Shown here piece after piece: positions 60,761-64,000 of a DNA stretch of 64,000 bases (position 1 is its first letter; every line of letters starts with the position of its first letter). Origin of the DNA: Ginglymostoma cirratum (taxonomy: Eukaryota); contig JAHRHZ010000091.1 in the NCBI GenBank assembly GCA_024137785.1, positions 6,667,826 through 6,731,825 of the forward strand, read 5' to 3'. The notes under the pieces were generated by a model that saw only the letters and a list, made by a program, of their open reading frames with translations, was not told where the DNA came from and ran no database searches. Made by a program: the position numbers and the translations under genes.

Positions 60761-61611
60761 ATCATTTTCATGGTCCTATTGTAAAGAAGACAAAGGGCTA
60801 ATTATGCTTTATTTGTACAGGCAACAAAAAGACATGCTGTGATGAATCTTGTGTGGTTTTGCAATGGCTTAGCATTTCGGAGTAAAGAGACTGAGTGAGA
60901 AATGGATCATCATGTAAGAGACTCGCAGCCAGGCAACATTTGGTCTGATACTGAAGGCTGAGTTGTAGACGGATGAGCCTGTAATTATTGTGCAAGTTGT
61001 TGGATAACAGGTGAAAAGAATAGTTAAAATGCTGGCATAATTTAATGCCTGCAAGAGGTAAATGAGCATATTTTGGAATTGCTAGTGTGTTTCCTTTGTA
61101 GCTGACTTTTGGGGTGAATACTGCTATGGAAGGAGCCCAAAGATAGAACTAGAGATTGTGACTGTATGACAAAACCTCAATTCATGTGTCAGTGGGTTGC
61201 AAAGTGTTAGTGTTGATGACATGTCCTGCTTGTCAGTGGAGTGGTTATGACTGTAATCGGTTCATCAATCTTACACAGTCTGAAGTGAGCAGCAATACTT
61301 GTGTGCCAGCAAATAAGGAAAGAAAGGAAAAATCAGATGCGGACTGAAACAAAACTGAAAATATGGGTTTTGGCAGAGTAGCAGATTAGACTGATTGTTC
61401 ATTGATGCTAACATTTCTTGATCAAGTGGTTTCCTGTGAAACCAAATCCCTCACCAAGCCTGTAGACATGACAAAGTAAACAATCAATTACACACTGTTC
61501 TTTTGAATACTTGACCTGATCCAGAGTGGTCTGTATTTCATTCTGGCAATGTTTAGTTTTATTGTTCTAATTTATTAGAAAAATGTATGTCCTGCTAGAT
61601 CAGTACTGGTA

Positions 61612-61836
61612 TCTAAGGTTTTTGGAGTAGATTTGTAGCTTGGGTTGTGGGTGTTGAGGTTGGTTGGCTCGCCGAACTGATTTGTTGTTCCGCAGACGTT
61701 TCATTACCATGCTGGGTAACATCATCAGTGCAGCCTCCAATGAAGCTTCATCAGTGCAGCCTCCGATAATGTTACCCAGCAGGGTAATGAAACGTCTGCG
61801 GAACAGCAAATCAGCTCAGTGAGCCAACCTACCTCA
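61612..61836. mobile_element. Fold-back Penelope terminal-repeat element (family C, related to 47415-48330)
   Basis: Inverted arms ~61655-61725 and ~61765-61837, with an internal direct repeat tcatcagtgcagcctcc (61722-61738, 61748-61764). Perfect 13-bp TSD atcagtactggta at 61599-61611 and 61837-61849. Confidence 0.92.
61690..61733 (-). ncRNA. Putative intact minimal type I hammerhead ribozyme, antisense to AEBP2
   Basis: The - strand RNA reads CUGCA-CUGAUGA-U-GUUACC(CAGCAU)GGUAAU-GAAA-C-GUC-UGCGG: 5-bp stem I, 6-bp stem II, palindromic ACGU in place of stem III. Predicted cut between 61695 and 61694. Confidence 0.75.
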
Positions 61837-61974
61837 ATCAGTACTGGTAATTTTGAAACACCACAGTTCATGCGTTTTAGTCTTGGTCTTCCTCGTCAAA
61901 CTAAACTGCTAGGTAATGTGATGGGCGGTCTGTGCCTGCTATCTCTAATCTAGGACTTTTGTTCTGGGAACATA

Positions 61975-62370
61975 AACAGTTTTGATTACTAGGCTAATGA
62001 TCCAGAGACTGAAGTTCAAATCCTGCTACGGCTGCTGAGAAATTTAAATTCAGTACAATAAACCTGCACAAAAAAAAACAATATTGGTATTTTGAGGTAA
62101 CAAGGTGTAGAGCTGGATGAACATAACAGGCCCAGCAGCATCAGAGGAGCAGGAAGGCTGACGTTTCGGGCCTAGACCCTTCTTCTGAAATACCAGTATC
62201 GGTATTTTGATGATTGTAAAACTGCTAGATTGCTATTAAAGTTCAGGTTTATTGATATCCTTCAGGGAAGGCAATCTTTTCTTACCTGAGCTAACCTCCA
62301 TGTGATCCCAGAGCCGTACAATGTGGATGCCTTGTCACTACCCTCTGCAATTGTCTAACATAGTGCGTCC
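61975..62370 (+). mobile_element. tRNA-derived SINE (same family as 19312-19671) interrupted by a family A arm
   Basis: taatgatccagaga..gttcaaatcc..aatttaaattca; resumes after 62210 with tccttcagggaaggcaatct..catgtgatcccagagcc..caatgtgg. Confidence 0.75.
62096..62196 (-). mobile_element. Single arm of PLE-related family A nested in a SINE
   Basis: ggtaacaaggtgtagagctggatgaac..ggctgacgtttcgggcctagacccttcttc; 14-bp TSD tat(t/c)ggtattttga at 62082-62095 and 62197-62210. Confidence 0.88.
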
Positions 62371-62559
62371 CAAACTTTCTCACTATAACCCCGTAATGGT
62401 ATGTGAGAAAATTGTTGAGATTCCCGATAAGAATTGAGAGAGAAGAGTAGGATGCTGTTAAATCAAGGGCACAGCTATTAAATCTTATTCGGCGTTGCCT
62501 CATTTTCTCAACTTGGGACCCCATAATCTTAGCTTACATCCCTTTTGGGGACCCAACGC

Positions 62560-62700
62560 CAATTTGGGAAGCTCTGGTCTTGCAAATCATTAGATTATAT
62601 TCACTGTGGCAGGCCACCATATCTATTTAGAGGGCAGTAGAGTGGGCAATAAAGGCCGACCTTGCCAGTGTCACCACCTTTCCCTGAGTCAAAAAAAAAA
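62560..62700 (+). mobile_element. LINE/SINE 3' end with poly(A)
   Basis: gggcaataaaggccgaccttgccagtg..aaaaaaaaaa; same tail type as the SINE at 19312. Confidence 0.55.
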
Positions 62701-63294
62701 GGTGAATTTAAATATTGGTGTCAAAGCAATCTTTGGAAAACAGCATCTTAACATAGTAAATAGATATAGATTGACATTGTAAAGAGATATCAATGTTCCA
62801 AATAATCTCTCAATTCTTGCAAGATGGTAGGTAAAGAATGTTGCTAGAGATGGCTGCAGTTTTTCTACTTACTGAATTACGCTTGGGACAAAGCAGTTTA
62901 TATTTTGGGAATTTTATGATGTTCAGCCATTACGCATAGCTGCAAAGAGAGTAAAGCAGCATGCATTCCTAATGGGCTTTGAATGTCACTTCCTGTTCTG
63001 CACATTACATGATATTTCAGGTGAAGTTGAATAGCCTTTTTTTGAGGCTGTATATGTCAATACAAAGTGAACATACCTGTGTAATTAAAATCTAATTATC
63101 TACACATTTTTAAAAAATAAATTATCATGCTAGTTTTCTACAAGGCCTTCCTTCTTGGCAGTATGTTCCTTGTTGCACCTTTTTGTACCAGCTTTTCAAT
63201 TATAGCTGATGTCGGTAAGCTTTTACTCGCAATATACCAGTGGTGGTTTTGCAGATCTCCACTCCTCGGTTTGTATTAAAGCTAGATAGTGATA

Positions 63295-63690
63295 ATAGGT
63301 TTGTTAAATGAAGAGAGATTGGATTGACTGGACCTGTAATTTCTGCAGTTTAGAAGGATGAGCGAGTTCTCATTGAAACACACAATTCCAACTGGATACA
63401 GGAATGATGCTCCCCCTAACCTTAAAATCCAGAGCAAGAGGTTAACAGTCTCTGGATGTGCAGTAGACTATTTTGGACTGAGATGAGTTGAGAACAGTTG
63501 TGAATCTGTTGAATTCTCTAACAAAGAAGGCTATGGGGCTAAGTTTTCAAGAATGATATGTAGATTTCTAGAAGTTAAAGTTACCAAAGCGTATGGGGAG
63601 GAACTAGGAGTATGGCATTGAGATAAGGGATGAGCCTGGTTTATTGAATGGCATTGTGGGCTCAATAGGTTTAATGGCTTATGGGTTGCC
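63295..63690 (+). mobile_element. Degenerate CR1 3' fragment
   Basis: gagagattgg..ctggacctgta..agtttagaaggatgag..ctcattgaaacac; gtgaatctgttgaattctct; attgaatggc. Confidence 0.75.
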
Positions 63691-64000
63691 CCGGGATTGC
63701 ATAAGCAAGTCAATGTGTTGTGACGTGCAAACAAAATGTAGGACCGTCTAAACCATCTTTTCATAATTACAGCAAATGTTTGTGTCGGGTCTTTAGAGTT
63801 ACACCCCTGTATTGGATCACTTAATTAAGATGATTCATAAGCTGGACTTCCGGACCGCCTGTACCCTTGACTCAATTTCCAATATTTGTAAACGGTAATT
63901 CCTAAATTCCAACTGTCTAGATTCCCAAACTTGCCGTGAGCCATGCTAGCTAGCTAATATTAACGTATTTATAAAACTGTCTGTAATCTGAAACTGGAAA

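Noticed and set aside
1-64000. CRISPR array, operons or other prokaryotic systems
   Set aside because: The window is vertebrate DNA with spliceosomal introns; no regularly spaced repeat-spacer array was seen.

Overview
Eukaryotic genomic DNA from a cartilaginous fish; the elasmobranch HE1-type V-SINEs point to a shark. The window holds most of one + strand gene, AEBP2 (zinc-finger accessory subunit of PRC2.2). It has a CpG-island promoter at about 6560-7500 and seven coding exons with GT-AG junctions that join in frame (6791-7272, 29017-29224, 35352-35459, 38154-38340, 41405-41529, 51792-51859, 56501-56614; 1292 nt). The expected last coding exon was not found. The rest is intronic or intergenic DNA with CR1 and L2 LINE remnants, several SINE families and a truncated Penelope-like element (PLE). 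The most unusual signal is a set of at least three families of short PLE-related elements, present as fold-back (inverted-arm) or single-arm copies. They carry minimal type I hammerhead ribozyme motifs (CUGA[U/A]GA-stem II-GAAA-CGUH), and several have 10-15 bp target-site duplications. One copy just upstream of the AEBP2 promoter has a ~280 bp 28S rRNA fragment between its arms, joined near the predicted ribozyme cleavage positions. All alignments and family names were done by eye from recalled consensus sequences, and repeat boundaries are approximate.
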